The notes beneath the pieces were generated by a model that was given only the letters and a program-made list of their open reading frames with translations, made no database searches and was not told the DNA's origin. 28,649 nt of DNA from a virus (lineage: Duplodnaviria > Caudoviricetes), in IMG/VR virus record IMGVR_UViG_3300032255_000018, positions 1-28,649 of that record; one strand, written 5' to 3'. Position numbers and translations under genes: made by a program. Numbering within the stretch: position 1 is the first letter of the stretch; each line of letters opens with the position of its first letter. Shown here in pieces: positions 1 through 8,047 of the stretch.

Positions 1-2
1 AG

Positions 3-677
3 AAAGAACGCCTGTTGAACTTAGGGATTCGGCATTTGCCAAAGCAGTATGACAATATCGCCTGGATTGATTGCGATGTTTTGTTTACGAATCCATTGTG
101 GTATGAAGAGACTGAAAGGCTTCTGGAAATGTATCCTGTCGTTCAGATGTTCCAGAAATGCCATTGGCTGGACCTGAATGGCTCGGTTGAAAAATCTCGT
201 CCATCATCTGCCAGCCTGGGGAGCTACCTAAAAGCGGGTTCTGATCAGTCGCATCCCGGCTTTGCCTGGGCGGCTCGGCGGTCACAGATCGAGCAATGGG
301 GCGGCCTGTTCGATCTCGATATCACAGGTAATGGTGATGCCTGGATGACTCACGCTTTTTACAAAGAATACGATACAGCAATGACAAGGGCCGCCTCGCT
401 GATGCTTCGGCAATCGGTATTGCAATGGTGTGAGAGGGTCGCCGATTTAACCGGTGGTCAAGTTGCTGTTGTTCCGGGTGATGTCTTGCATCTGTTCCAC
501 GGCCCGCTTTCCGAACGTGGTTATTGGGATCGATTCCTGATTCAGCAGAAACATAATTACGATCCCGGATCGGATATCAAAATTGCTGATAATGGTGCCT
601 GGCAATGGAACTCAGTCAAAGCAGACTTTCATCGAGAAGTAGCGAGCCGGTTCGGACCACTTAAAATTGGTAAGTAG
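3..677 (+). CDS. Glycosyltransferase-like protein (GT-A fold), 5'-truncated by the window edge
   Basis: Frame open from base 3 (KERLLNLG...); WIDCDVLF DxD motif; GGLFD...GNGD and HLFHG resemble GT2/GT7 C-terminal motifs. Confidence 0.65.
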   Translation, partial: KERLLNLGIRHLPKQYDNIAWIDCDVLFTNPLWYEETERLLEMYPVVQMFQKCHWLDLNGSVEKSRPSSASLGSYLKAGSDQSHPGFAWAARRSQIEQWGGLFDLDITGNGDAWMTHAFYKEYDTAMTRAASLMLRQSVLQWCERVADLTGGQVAVVPGDVLHLFHGPLSERGYWDRFLIQQKHNYDPGSDIKIADNGAWQWNSVKADFHREVASRFGPLKIGK

Positions 678-713
678 TTCGATGTTTCATTTGTGTGCTG
701 GAAGGGATATTTA

Positions 714-1478
714 ATGTCTGAAAAAACTGATGAGTACATGCCGTGGATTGTGGTTGATCAGAATGGGCTTTTTATGGTGGTACGGGATTCGTTCTGTTCG
801 CCTTACGGTCCGCGAATCTGGCATCGTTTTGAAATGGGAGTCCCCGCAAAATATGATGACGTGCGTGATGCCTGGGAAGTGGCACACCGACTCAACGGCG
901 AACTTTATCACGGCTCGGAGAATCTGAAACGAAATAAAAACAACTGGATCCAGACTTACACAGGCGAAAAGTTTTACCCGACCGATCCCGATTCCGAAGA
1001 AGTTTGTATTTATGATATTGCACATGCGCTGGCTAATACATGCCGATTCAATGGGCATTCTGAAATCTTCTACTCAGTCGCTCATCATTGCGTTCTGGGA
1101 TCATATCATTGCGATGATCCGCTCTGGTTTCTTCTGCATGATGCGGCGGAGGCGTACCTGGTAGATTTGCCCAGGCCGATCAAGAGTTGTTTCCCGATGT
1201 TCGCGAAACTCGAAAACAGACTCCTGGAAGCCATCGCAGAGAAGTTCAACTTGGAATTTCCATTCCCGGATTCTGTGTATGTGACCGATAACCGCATGTT
1301 GCAAACAGAAAGAAAGTTTTTACTGGGACCGGCACCCGTCATATGGAAACTCTCCGATGATTTCCCGGCGTATGATATTGAAATTGGTCGCTGGACTCCT
1401 GCCTTTGCGGAGCGGATGTTCCTGGAGCGGTTTGAAGAACTGACCTCACAAAACGCAAAACAAGCGAAAACAGCGTAA
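714..1478 (+). CDS. HD-domain phosphohydrolase (YfdR/YfbR-like nucleotidase) with N-terminal extension
   Basis: WIQTYTG, DIAHALANTCRFNGH, YSVAHH, LLHDAAEAY motifs; GAAGGGA RBS before ATG 714. Confidence 0.85.
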   Translation: MSEKTDEYMPWIVVDQNGLFMVVRDSFCSPYGPRIWHRFEMGVPAKYDDVRDAWEVAHRLNGELYHGSENLKRNKNNWIQTYTGEKFYPTDPDSEEVCIYDIAHALANTCRFNGHSEIFYSVAHHCVLGSYHCDDPLWFLLHDAAEAYLVDLPRPIKSCFPMFAKLENRLLEAIAEKFNLEFPFPDSVYVTDNRMLQTERKFLLGPAPVIWKLSDDFPAYDIEIGRWTPAFAERMFLERFEELTSQNAKQAKTA

Positions 1479-1490
1479 AAACAGTCATTT

Positions 1491-1513
1491 CGGCCTTGCG
1501 CAGAGGCCGTTTT
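1491..1513 (+). terminator. Putative intrinsic terminator
   Basis: CGGCCT-7 nt loop-AGGCCG followed by TTTT just after the stop at 1478. Confidence 0.5.
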
Positions 1514-1730
1514 AAGCCTGCAAGTGACATTTGAGCCGCATGACAGGTCACTTCGTGAGAGTTATTTCGCTGCTTTATTGCACACTTGCCGAATCCATTC
1601 TGCGCGGGGAATTCCGGCTTTCTTGGCAGCGAATGCCCATTGTTTCCAGTCCTGATCGGACACTTGAATTGATCTTCTCTGCCCGATTGCCGGGCGACCA
1701 ATACTCTTTTTTTCTGATTTCTTTTTCATT

Positions 1731-1774
1731 TATCGGATATCCTTAATTGACAACTATCGGATATCCGATAGTAT
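1731..1774 (+). promoter_or_regulatory. Sigma70-type promoter with palindromic operator
   Basis: TTGACA at 1747-1752, TAGTAT at 1769-1774 (16-bp spacer); perfect 20-bp palindrome ACTATCGGATATCCGATAGT at 1753-1772; partial copy TATCGGATATCC at 1731-1742. Confidence 0.75.
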
Positions 1775-1814
1775 ATATACATAACGAGGACGTCAACCAG
1801 AGAGAGAAAAAACA

Positions 1815-2036
1815 ATGGCAAAATTTCACCCCAACAAAGAAATCAGCCGAGCAATCGAGTATGCTTTGGAATGTGGGTGGCGTTTTGAAAAAAGCAAAAA
1901 AGGACATGCTTTCGGGCAAATCTTCTGCTCTTTCGGACAACGAGGTGGATGCCGAAAATCAATCTGGAGTACACCAGCAAATCCAACAAAACATGCTTTG
2001 GAAATTCGGCAAATCGTTAATCAATGTCAACACTAA
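1815..2036 (+). CDS. HicA-like toxin (putative mRNA interferase)
   Basis: 73 aa basic protein with HPNKEI, GWRFEKSKKGH and WSTP motifs typical of HicA-related proteins; downstream of the operator-bearing promoter. Confidence 0.65.
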   Translation: MAKFHPNKEISRAIEYALECGWRFEKSKKGHAFGQIFCSFGQRGGCRKSIWSTPANPTKHALEIRQIVNQCQH

Positions 2037-2053
2037 AACAAGGGAGTTGTACA

Positions 2054-2362
2054 ATGGAAAAAATCAGTCTTCTTGCACTCGATCCAAATTTTAATCCTGA
2101 CAATTATACTTCCGATCTTGAAGATGAAGTGATACGCCTTTTTACGCAATCGGCAGAGCTAGCCTATTCAAACGGAAAACTCCAACTTGGTATTGAAATC
2201 CGAGGTGTTGATGAGCTTGGCAAGATCGGGGAAAAACTGATGTCATTTTCACTTGCTGATTTCTCAGAAGTTTTGTTTATCGACAGTAACCAAAATGTTA
2301 TTGATCGGTTTACTCTCTCTGCAATTGCTCAGTTCCCCAGGCTGCGCAGCCTTGTCGGATAG
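2054..2362 (+). CDS. Putative antitoxin/partner of HicA-like toxin
   Basis: Acidic 102-aa ORF, AGGGAG RBS before ATG 2054, directly after the toxin-like gene; assignment is positional. Confidence 0.45.
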   Translation: MEKISLLALDPNFNPDNYTSDLEDEVIRLFTQSAELAYSNGKLQLGIEIRGVDELGKIGEKLMSFSLADFSEVLFIDSNQNVIDRFTLSAIAQFPRLRSLVG

Positions 2363-2557
2363 ATATTTGCGCCCCTGGTAAGTTACATCGTGCATTTTCT
2401 CAATGCGATTCACCAGGCCGACAGACCGCAATCGATAAACCGCTTTTCGGATCGCTTTTCGATGTTGTCGGCAATGCTTTTCGATGTCGTCATAATCAGC
2501 CGGACTGATGGCTCTTAGGACTCGCAAAATATGCGTTTGGAATCGTGTTAATTTCAT
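2264..2557 (-). CDS. Winged helix-turn-helix DNA-binding protein
   Basis: Q..IL..L ... VYRLRSVGLV ... VTYQGRKYL wHTH pattern; start overlaps the stop of the upstream HTH gene. Confidence 0.6.
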   Translation of the reverse strand: MKLTRFQTHILRVLRAISPADYDDIEKHCRQHRKAIRKAVYRLRSVGLVNRIEKMHDVTYQGRKYLSDKAAQPGELSNCRESKPINNILVTVDKQNF

Positions 2558-2844
2558 TCGATCCCCTGCTCTCCCGGATCGAGATTGCAGCCCTTTTGTT
2601 GAGCAAATTCTGACAAGCTGGCTCGCGCTCGTTTGATGGATCGGGTGATATTGGATCGGTTTGATTCCATGGCGCGGGAAATATCAGACTTCCCCCAGCC
2701 GTTGCCAAGTAAATGCAGTATAGCAAGCTGTCGTAGGCGATGCCGGTTGCTTCCGGCCCATTCGGTATAGATTTCAAACACGAAACGCGATTGATCGCGT
2801 GGCAGTTGCACTGCCTCTCCGTCGAAGTCAGTAATTGACATCAT
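2554..2844 (-). CDS. HTH regulator (sigma70 region 4/LuxR-like)
   Basis: ILHLLGNGWGKSDISRAMESNRSNITRSIKRARASL HTH; GGGAGA upstream of ATG 2844. Confidence 0.65.
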   Translation of the reverse strand: MMSITDFDGEAVQLPRDQSRFVFEIYTEWAGSNRHRLRQLAILHLLGNGWGKSDISRAMESNRSNITRSIKRARASLSEFAQQKGCNLDPGEQGIE

Positions 2845-3034
2845 GTCGGATGATTCTCCCAAGAGGATTCACCTAAAGGACAACAAAACCGTAAGTGTTA
2901 GACGGTTAACCAATCAAAGGCCGGCCGTGAAATGGATTTCACGTTCCGGTTTCTTTTGGTGTGGGAGGCTTCCATGCGGTCCATCTGGGCGGGTTTTAAC
3001 GAAATTCGCCTCCAATATCAACAGGTAATGAACA

Positions 3035-3667
3035 ATGCAGACAGATCAATCATTTCGAGTTGGTGATATCATTACATGCTGGGGCGCTGATCCCGTATCA
3101 ACTTTCATCAGCCTGAAAACATCCTGGCCATTCGGTAATCCCGCTTTGAAATATGCCCCATCACACGTTGCCATTATCGGCGAGTATGAAGGGGCATTAG
3201 GTTGGTATGAATCAACCACAAAATGCCACCACAAATGCCTCTATGCTGGAGAAAAGGTATCCGGCTTTCAGGTTCACGAACCAAACAAGCGAGTGGCGGA
3301 TTATCTCGGTAAATGCGGAGGCATTGCCATCTTCCGGCTTTCTTGTTTCGCTCGCCTGGCATTCGATGATATTCGTTTTTCTCAATTGCTCCGCATGTCG
3401 CTGGATCATCGGCTTTCGTATGCGATGGATTTGCTGGACGGGGCGATGCTTTCAGGGACTCGGCTGCTCAAGTTCTCGTATTTTTATTCGTTACTTGTGC
3501 CTGGCGTGGATGAAAGAGACGTTTTTTGCAGTGAAATCGTTTCGCGGTACATGCAGGAACTCGGACTACAAAACCGCGCTGATCCAAGGCAGTTCACACC
3601 AGGCGGGTTGCTTCGTGATTTGACACGCACCGGAGCGTATCGATTGATCTACAAACAATGGGGGTAA
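3035..3667 (+). CDS. Permuted papain-like NlpC/P60 amidase (YiiX/YaeF-type)
   Basis: GDII...SHVAI (catalytic His first) and FCSEIV...FTPG (Cys later), the circularly permuted order. Confidence 0.75.
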   Translation: MQTDQSFRVGDIITCWGADPVSTFISLKTSWPFGNPALKYAPSHVAIIGEYEGALGWYESTTKCHHKCLYAGEKVSGFQVHEPNKRVADYLGKCGGIAIFRLSCFARLAFDDIRFSQLLRMSLDHRLSYAMDLLDGAMLSGTRLLKFSYFYSLLVPGVDERDVFCSEIVSRYMQELGLQNRADPRQFTPGGLLRDLTRTGAYRLIYKQWG

Positions 3668-3668
3668 A

Positions 3669-4544
3669 ATGGTTTCTCGTTTTTTAATCATGTTGATTAT
3701 TGTTGGTTTGATGAGTGCAAAAGGGCATTGTCAATCAACCGTGCAGAAGATTCTTGCGAATCGTCCTCCCTATGCGAATCGGCTTCCCAATTGTGCCGTC
3801 CCTAAGAGATACACGGGGACTTATCAGCACACCGTAACATTTGATGAATTCAATGCTTTGCGGATTGCGGTTCAGCGGCTTGAGGTTGAATTAGGAGCCG
3901 TTGCCAAAGAGAAAGGGATTCGTGGTTTAACCGGGCCGCAAGGCATGCCGGGACCGCCTGGTCCAACGGGACCACCTGGGGCTGTTGTTCATGGCGCATC
4001 ACCAAAGCGATTGGAAGATGTCGAAAACCGTCTTAACCAGGTGATTGACCATCTGAATGAACAAATCACTAATGAGAAAAGCAGAAAACAAAGTCCTCCA
4101 ACGGCTCCGCCATCACGTCCAAAGGTAACAAAGCAGCCAGCGGCAAACCGAACGGATGAAAAAAACGAAACGCCCTGGATTACAAAGTTACTCGCTCCAT
4201 TGGCTGGGATGGTTGGGACCGCATACGCCGGTCCTGTAGGCGGTGCTATTGTAACGGCTTTGACTGGATACGCTGGTTGGTTTCTATTTGGTCGCAAAAA
4301 GAAATCACCCCAACAGCAACGTCGATATCAGGAACAACGACCACCGCCATCAAGAGAATACCAAGGGAAAATAGTTCAAAACGATGGTTCAGATAAATAC
4401 GCAGAACCCAATCCTGAACTTTATGAACAAGCGGTTAAGATGGCCGCGAAAGGTAAGACGGGAGTTCTGGGTGACCGCGAAGTGGGAGTAAATCAACTCC
4501 AGTGGATCGCCAATAAATACGCACACGACAACAATCAAATATAA
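3669..4544 (+). CDS. Exported/membrane protein with collagen-like Gly-X-Y repeat, coiled coils and TM segment
   Basis: Hydrophobic N-terminus; GIRGLTGPQGMPGPPGPTGPPG; flanking heptad-like helices; Gly/Ala-rich hydrophobic segment followed by RKKK. Confidence 0.7.
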   Translation: MVSRFLIMLIIVGLMSAKGHCQSTVQKILANRPPYANRLPNCAVPKRYTGTYQHTVTFDEFNALRIAVQRLEVELGAVAKEKGIRGLTGPQGMPGPPGPTGPPGAVVHGASPKRLEDVENRLNQVIDHLNEQITNEKSRKQSPPTAPPSRPKVTKQPAANRTDEKNETPWITKLLAPLAGMVGTAYAGPVGGAIVTALTGYAGWFLFGRKKKSPQQQRRYQEQRPPPSREYQGKIVQNDGSDKYAEPNPELYEQAVKMAAKGKTGVLGDREVGVNQLQWIANKYAHDNNQI

Positions 4545-4553
4545 AGGGATACA

Positions 4554-5234
4554 ATGAATAATTCATTTGCTCAAACGAGGAAGAATGTCAAAAACTGGGG
4601 CTGTCGTCAGGTTATTAGTGATTTCATGGCATGGCGGGAACAAATCTGTTTACGCGGGGAATGGGATTCGTCAGGCGGCTGGGATGATCCGCTGAATCAA
4701 TTGTTCGCTGATGAGGCAGGACGTATTCGCAAATCGCTCGCAATCGTGACTAACGAAAAGTCGATTGCTGATCAGATTGCCTTGAATGCAAAAAACGATA
4801 AAGATGCGGCCAATGAAACCCAGACGCTTTTGGAACGGTATACGAACGGCGAGCCGATTTCAGAGGATGATGTCGTGATGCCTTCAGCGATTGGTGACGA
4901 AAACGAGTTGCCGTACGATTTCAGTGGAGCCGATCCGAACATCCCGCAAGTACAGGGTCGAAAGAACAAGGATCTTGTTTCTCTTACGACAATGATCGAC
5001 CGTGCGGTTAAAGAAACGTCAAACCTCGATTGTCAGGGCTACGGAACCGTAATCCCTAAAACACAATCAGCAATGATCCTGGCACTTCTCGATACGATGT
5101 TTGCCATCTTGCAACAACGTGGTGGTGAGAAGAATCGTCGGCGTATTGCCCAGGGAACATCAGCGACTGAAGCGAAAGCTGACGATGTGGTTGGTATTGC
5201 GATCACGAAACCAGATGAGCAACCGAAAGCGTAA
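4554..5234 (+). CDS. Hypothetical phage protein
   Basis: 226-aa ORF with AAGGGA RBS, tightly packed in operon; no motif recognised. Confidence 0.7.
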   Translation: MNNSFAQTRKNVKNWGCRQVISDFMAWREQICLRGEWDSSGGWDDPLNQLFADEAGRIRKSLAIVTNEKSIADQIALNAKNDKDAANETQTLLERYTNGEPISEDDVVMPSAIGDENELPYDFSGADPNIPQVQGRKNKDLVSLTTMIDRAVKETSNLDCQGYGTVIPKTQSAMILALLDTMFAILQQRGGEKNRRRIAQGTSATEAKADDVVGIAITKPDEQPKA

Positions 5235-5250
5235 TTCGCCCTTCCTTGGT

Positions 5251-5316
5251 GAGGCGTGGTAACTCCCATATCTGATATTTGAAACTCCTCAGATATTGCC
5301 ACGTCTCGCTTTCTTT
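5251..5316 (+). other. Intergenic extended stem-loop followed by T-rich run
   Basis: GAGGCGTGGTA pairs with TGCCACGTCTC (with G:U); inner ATATCTGA/TCAGATAT; followed by GCTTTCTTT. Confidence 0.45.
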
Positions 5317-5335
5317 ATACTCTCGAAAGCCTGCC

Positions 5336-5686
5336 ATGTTTGGACTGACATTCCCCGCCAAGATTACACGAGTGATTGATGGCGATACGGTGGAAGTAGA
5401 GATCAAACGAACGCTCCGCATCCGTCTGCTTGACTGTTGGGCTCCGGAGACACGGACTACTGATTTGGTTGAGAAGGCTAAAGGAATCAAATCAAAGAAA
5501 AACCTGCAAAAAGAGGCACAGGGGCAAGACGTCAGCGTCTCTGTCCCTATTGACGCCGAAGGCAAGTTTGGGGATGCGATGTCGTTTGGTCGCGTATTGG
5601 GTCACATTGTGCGTGATAGTGACGGGGTTGATCTATCTACCCTGCAGGTTGTATCTGGTTTCGCAACAAAAGAAAGAGAATCATAA
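5336..5686 (+). CDS. Thermonuclease (SNase-like) family protein
   Basis: RVIDGDTVEV, IRLLDCWAPE, FGRVLG, GFA motifs. Confidence 0.88.
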   Translation: MFGLTFPAKITRVIDGDTVEVEIKRTLRIRLLDCWAPETRTTDLVEKAKGIKSKKNLQKEAQGQDVSVSVPIDAEGKFGDAMSFGRVLGHIVRDSDGVDLSTLQVVSGFATKERES

Positions 5687-5898
5687 TGTTTGGGCTTTCG
5701 GCTTACGAATTCATCATGTTGGGCGCACTTATTATAGGTGCCATCTTTTGGTGTGGTGCCGTGTATCAACGACTCTGTGATGGTGTTGAGGCACTCAAGT
5801 GGCTCAAGGGACGGCACATCCAACTGGAAGGCCGAGTCAATCACATTGAATCCCACCTGGGCATTCCCAAGCCGCCAAGCGTCAAGCCGCCCTTCTAA
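5686..5898 (+). CDS. Small membrane protein (holin-like candidate)
   Basis: 70 aa; one N-terminal hydrophobic helix then short coiled coil; TAATG stop/start coupling. Confidence 0.5.
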   Translation: MFGLSAYEFIMLGALIIGAIFWCGAVYQRLCDGVEALKWLKGRHIQLEGRVNHIESHLGIPKPPSVKPPF

Positions 5899-6001
5899 TA
5901 GGCAAGCCACGGGCAATAGGTACTATATTTCCAAGGATTTGCTCACGCCTCCATAGGGAACAGCGGGTATATCAAGCACACTTTCTTTCGTGGGCCGCCG
6001 G

Positions 6002-8047
6002 ATGAGTTCGTATGACGATCACAAAAATCGAGCGGCGGCACGCCAGGCGGAGCAATCTGCTTCCGGTCGTTCGATTGGTGCCATCCCGCCGATCAAAAAT
6101 AAACGACGAAAAAACAAATCGAAAAAATCGCTGAAGTATTTTTTGGAAACATATTTTCCAAACGCATTTCCCTTGGCATGGTCCGCCGACCATTTGACCG
6201 TGATCGGCTTGATTCAATCGGCTGTTTTAGATGGCGGATTACAAGCGGTCGCGATGCCTCGCGGATCGGGAAAATCAACCATCTGTGCGCGGGCTGTTTT
6301 GTGGGCGTTGGTTTGCGGTCACCAAAGTTACGCGATGTTGATTTGTGCGGACTCTGGCAAAGCCGTTAAAATGCTGGACGCTTTGAAACTGGAACTCGAA
6401 AAGAATCAACTGCTATTCGAGGACTTCCCGGAAATCTGCTACCCGATTCGCAAACTGGAACGAATCGCCAACCGCGCCAAAGGGCAGACGCACAAAGGGC
6501 AATCGACCGACATCGTGTTTAATAAAGACATGGTTGTTCTTCCGACGATCAAAGGTTCCGATGCTTCCGGGGCTGTCCTGGAAGTGGGCGGAATTACTTC
6601 GGCGGTGCGTGGTGGTCAATACACGCAACAGGATGGAACGGTTATTCGTCCCTCGATTGTGCTGATCGATGATCCGCAAACCCGCGAATCGGCGGGCAGT
6701 CCGAAACAAAATCAGGATCGCGAACAAATAATATCGGCTGACTTACTCGGGATGTCCGGCCCTGGGGAAACGATATCGGTGTTGATGACCTGCACCGTGA
6801 TCTACCAGGACGATCTGGCGGACAAGATGCTGAACCGGAAGCTGCACCCGGAATGGCACGGCATCCGTATCAGCATGGCAAAGTCGATGCCCAAAGACAT
6901 GAAACTGTGGGAGCAATACTCCGACATCCGGGCATCGGAACTGGTTGAAGATCGACCGCATGTCGAGTCGAATAAGTTTTACAAAAAGAATCGCAAGGCG
7001 ATGGACGCCGATGCGGAGGTCTACTGGAAACAGCGATTCAACAAAGGTGAGCTTTCTGCGATTCAATCCGCGATGAATATCTACTTGCGGGATCCGCAAG
7101 CATTCGCATCGGAATATCAGAACCAACCGCTGGAGGAAGATTTATCCGGCGAGGTGTATTGGATCGCCTCGGAAATTGCCCAGAAAGTCAACGGTTATGA
7201 TCGTCGGCAAGTCCCGGAAGATGCCCAGCTTGTGACATCGTTCATCGACGTGCAACGCCGGCTGCTGTATTGGATGGTGGTGGCCTGGGCGGATGAGTTC
7301 ACCGGATGGATCATTGACTACGGCACGTTCCCGGAACAACGCCGAAAAACATTCATTGCCCAGCGAGTCAGTAACACGCTCGAAAAGAAGTACAAGGCAA
7401 AATTCGAGGTGGCCTTACGCCAGGGCCTGATCGAAACAACCGATCAGATTATCGGGAGAACCTACAAGCGGGATGACGGGAGCGGATCGCGAGTACAACG
7501 CCTCGCCATTGATGCTGCCTGGGGGGAATCGACGCACATTATTCGCTCGTTTATTCGAGAGTCAAAAAACGGGGGAATGATGCTCCCCAGCTTTGGAAAG
7601 TCGGTCGGCGCCAAAGGCCGGCCGATCTCCGCCTGGCAGAAGAAAAAAGGGGAATGGCGGGGGTTGGAATGTACGATCCCGCCAGCCAAAGGACGCATTG
7701 TACGCCACTTAATGTACGACACAAATTTCTGGAAGTCGCAGGCGATGCGGCGGCTTTCGTCTCCGATTGGCGAAACTGGCTGCGTCACGATCTACGGTGG
7801 AATGAACCATCGACACGGTTTTTTAGCGGAACACCTGGCTGCAGAAAAGCCGCGAGACATCGAAGATAAAATCAGCGGGCGAATTGTCACCGAGTGGGCT
7901 CCGCCGCCCGGAGTGACTGAAAACCACTGGTTTGATTGTTTTGTGGGGAATTGCGTGTTGGCTAATACGATGGGAATTCATCCTCCCGGATTCATCCGAC
8001 AAGGGAAAGTCACAACCAAGAAAAGAGGAAAGGTGAAATACTTATGA
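6002..8047 (+). CDS. terL: Terminase large subunit, lambda GpA-like
   Basis: Walker A PRGSGKST, Walker B LIDDPQ, SEYQNQP; C-terminal nuclease with IDVQ, AIDA and NHWFDC motifs; alternative GTG start at 5990. Confidence 0.92.
   Translation: MSSYDDHKNRAAARQAEQSASGRSIGAIPPIKNKRRKNKSKKSLKYFLETYFPNAFPLAWSADHLTVIGLIQSAVLDGGLQAVAMPRGSGKSTICARAVLWALVCGHQSYAMLICADSGKAVKMLDALKLELEKNQLLFEDFPEICYPIRKLERIANRAKGQTHKGQSTDIVFNKDMVVLPTIKGSDASGAVLEVGGITSAVRGGQYTQQDGTVIRPSIVLIDDPQTRESAGSPKQNQDREQIISADLLGMSGPGETISVLMTCTVIYQDDLADKMLNRKLHPEWHGIRISMAKSMPKDMKLWEQYSDIRASELVEDRPHVESNKFYKKNRKAMDADAEVYWKQRFNKGELSAIQSAMNIYLRDPQAFASEYQNQPLEEDLSGEVYWIASEIAQKVNGYDRRQVPEDAQLVTSFIDVQRRLLYWMVVAWADEFTGWIIDYGTFPEQRRKTFIAQRVSNTLEKKYKAKFEVALRQGLIETTDQIIGRTYKRDDGSGSRVQRLAIDAAWGESTHIIRSFIRESKNGGMMLPSFGKSVGAKGRPISAWQKKKGEWRGLECTIPPAKGRIVRHLMYDTNFWKSQAMRRLSSPIGETGCVTIYGGMNHRHGFLAEHLAAEKPRDIEDKISGRIVTEWAPPPGVTENHWFDCFVGNCVLANTMGIHPPGFIRQGKVTTKKRGKVKYL

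Noticed and set aside
1531-2094. ORFs 1531-1746 and 1747-2094
   Set aside because: TTG starts overlapping the promoter/operator and the better supported HicA-like frame
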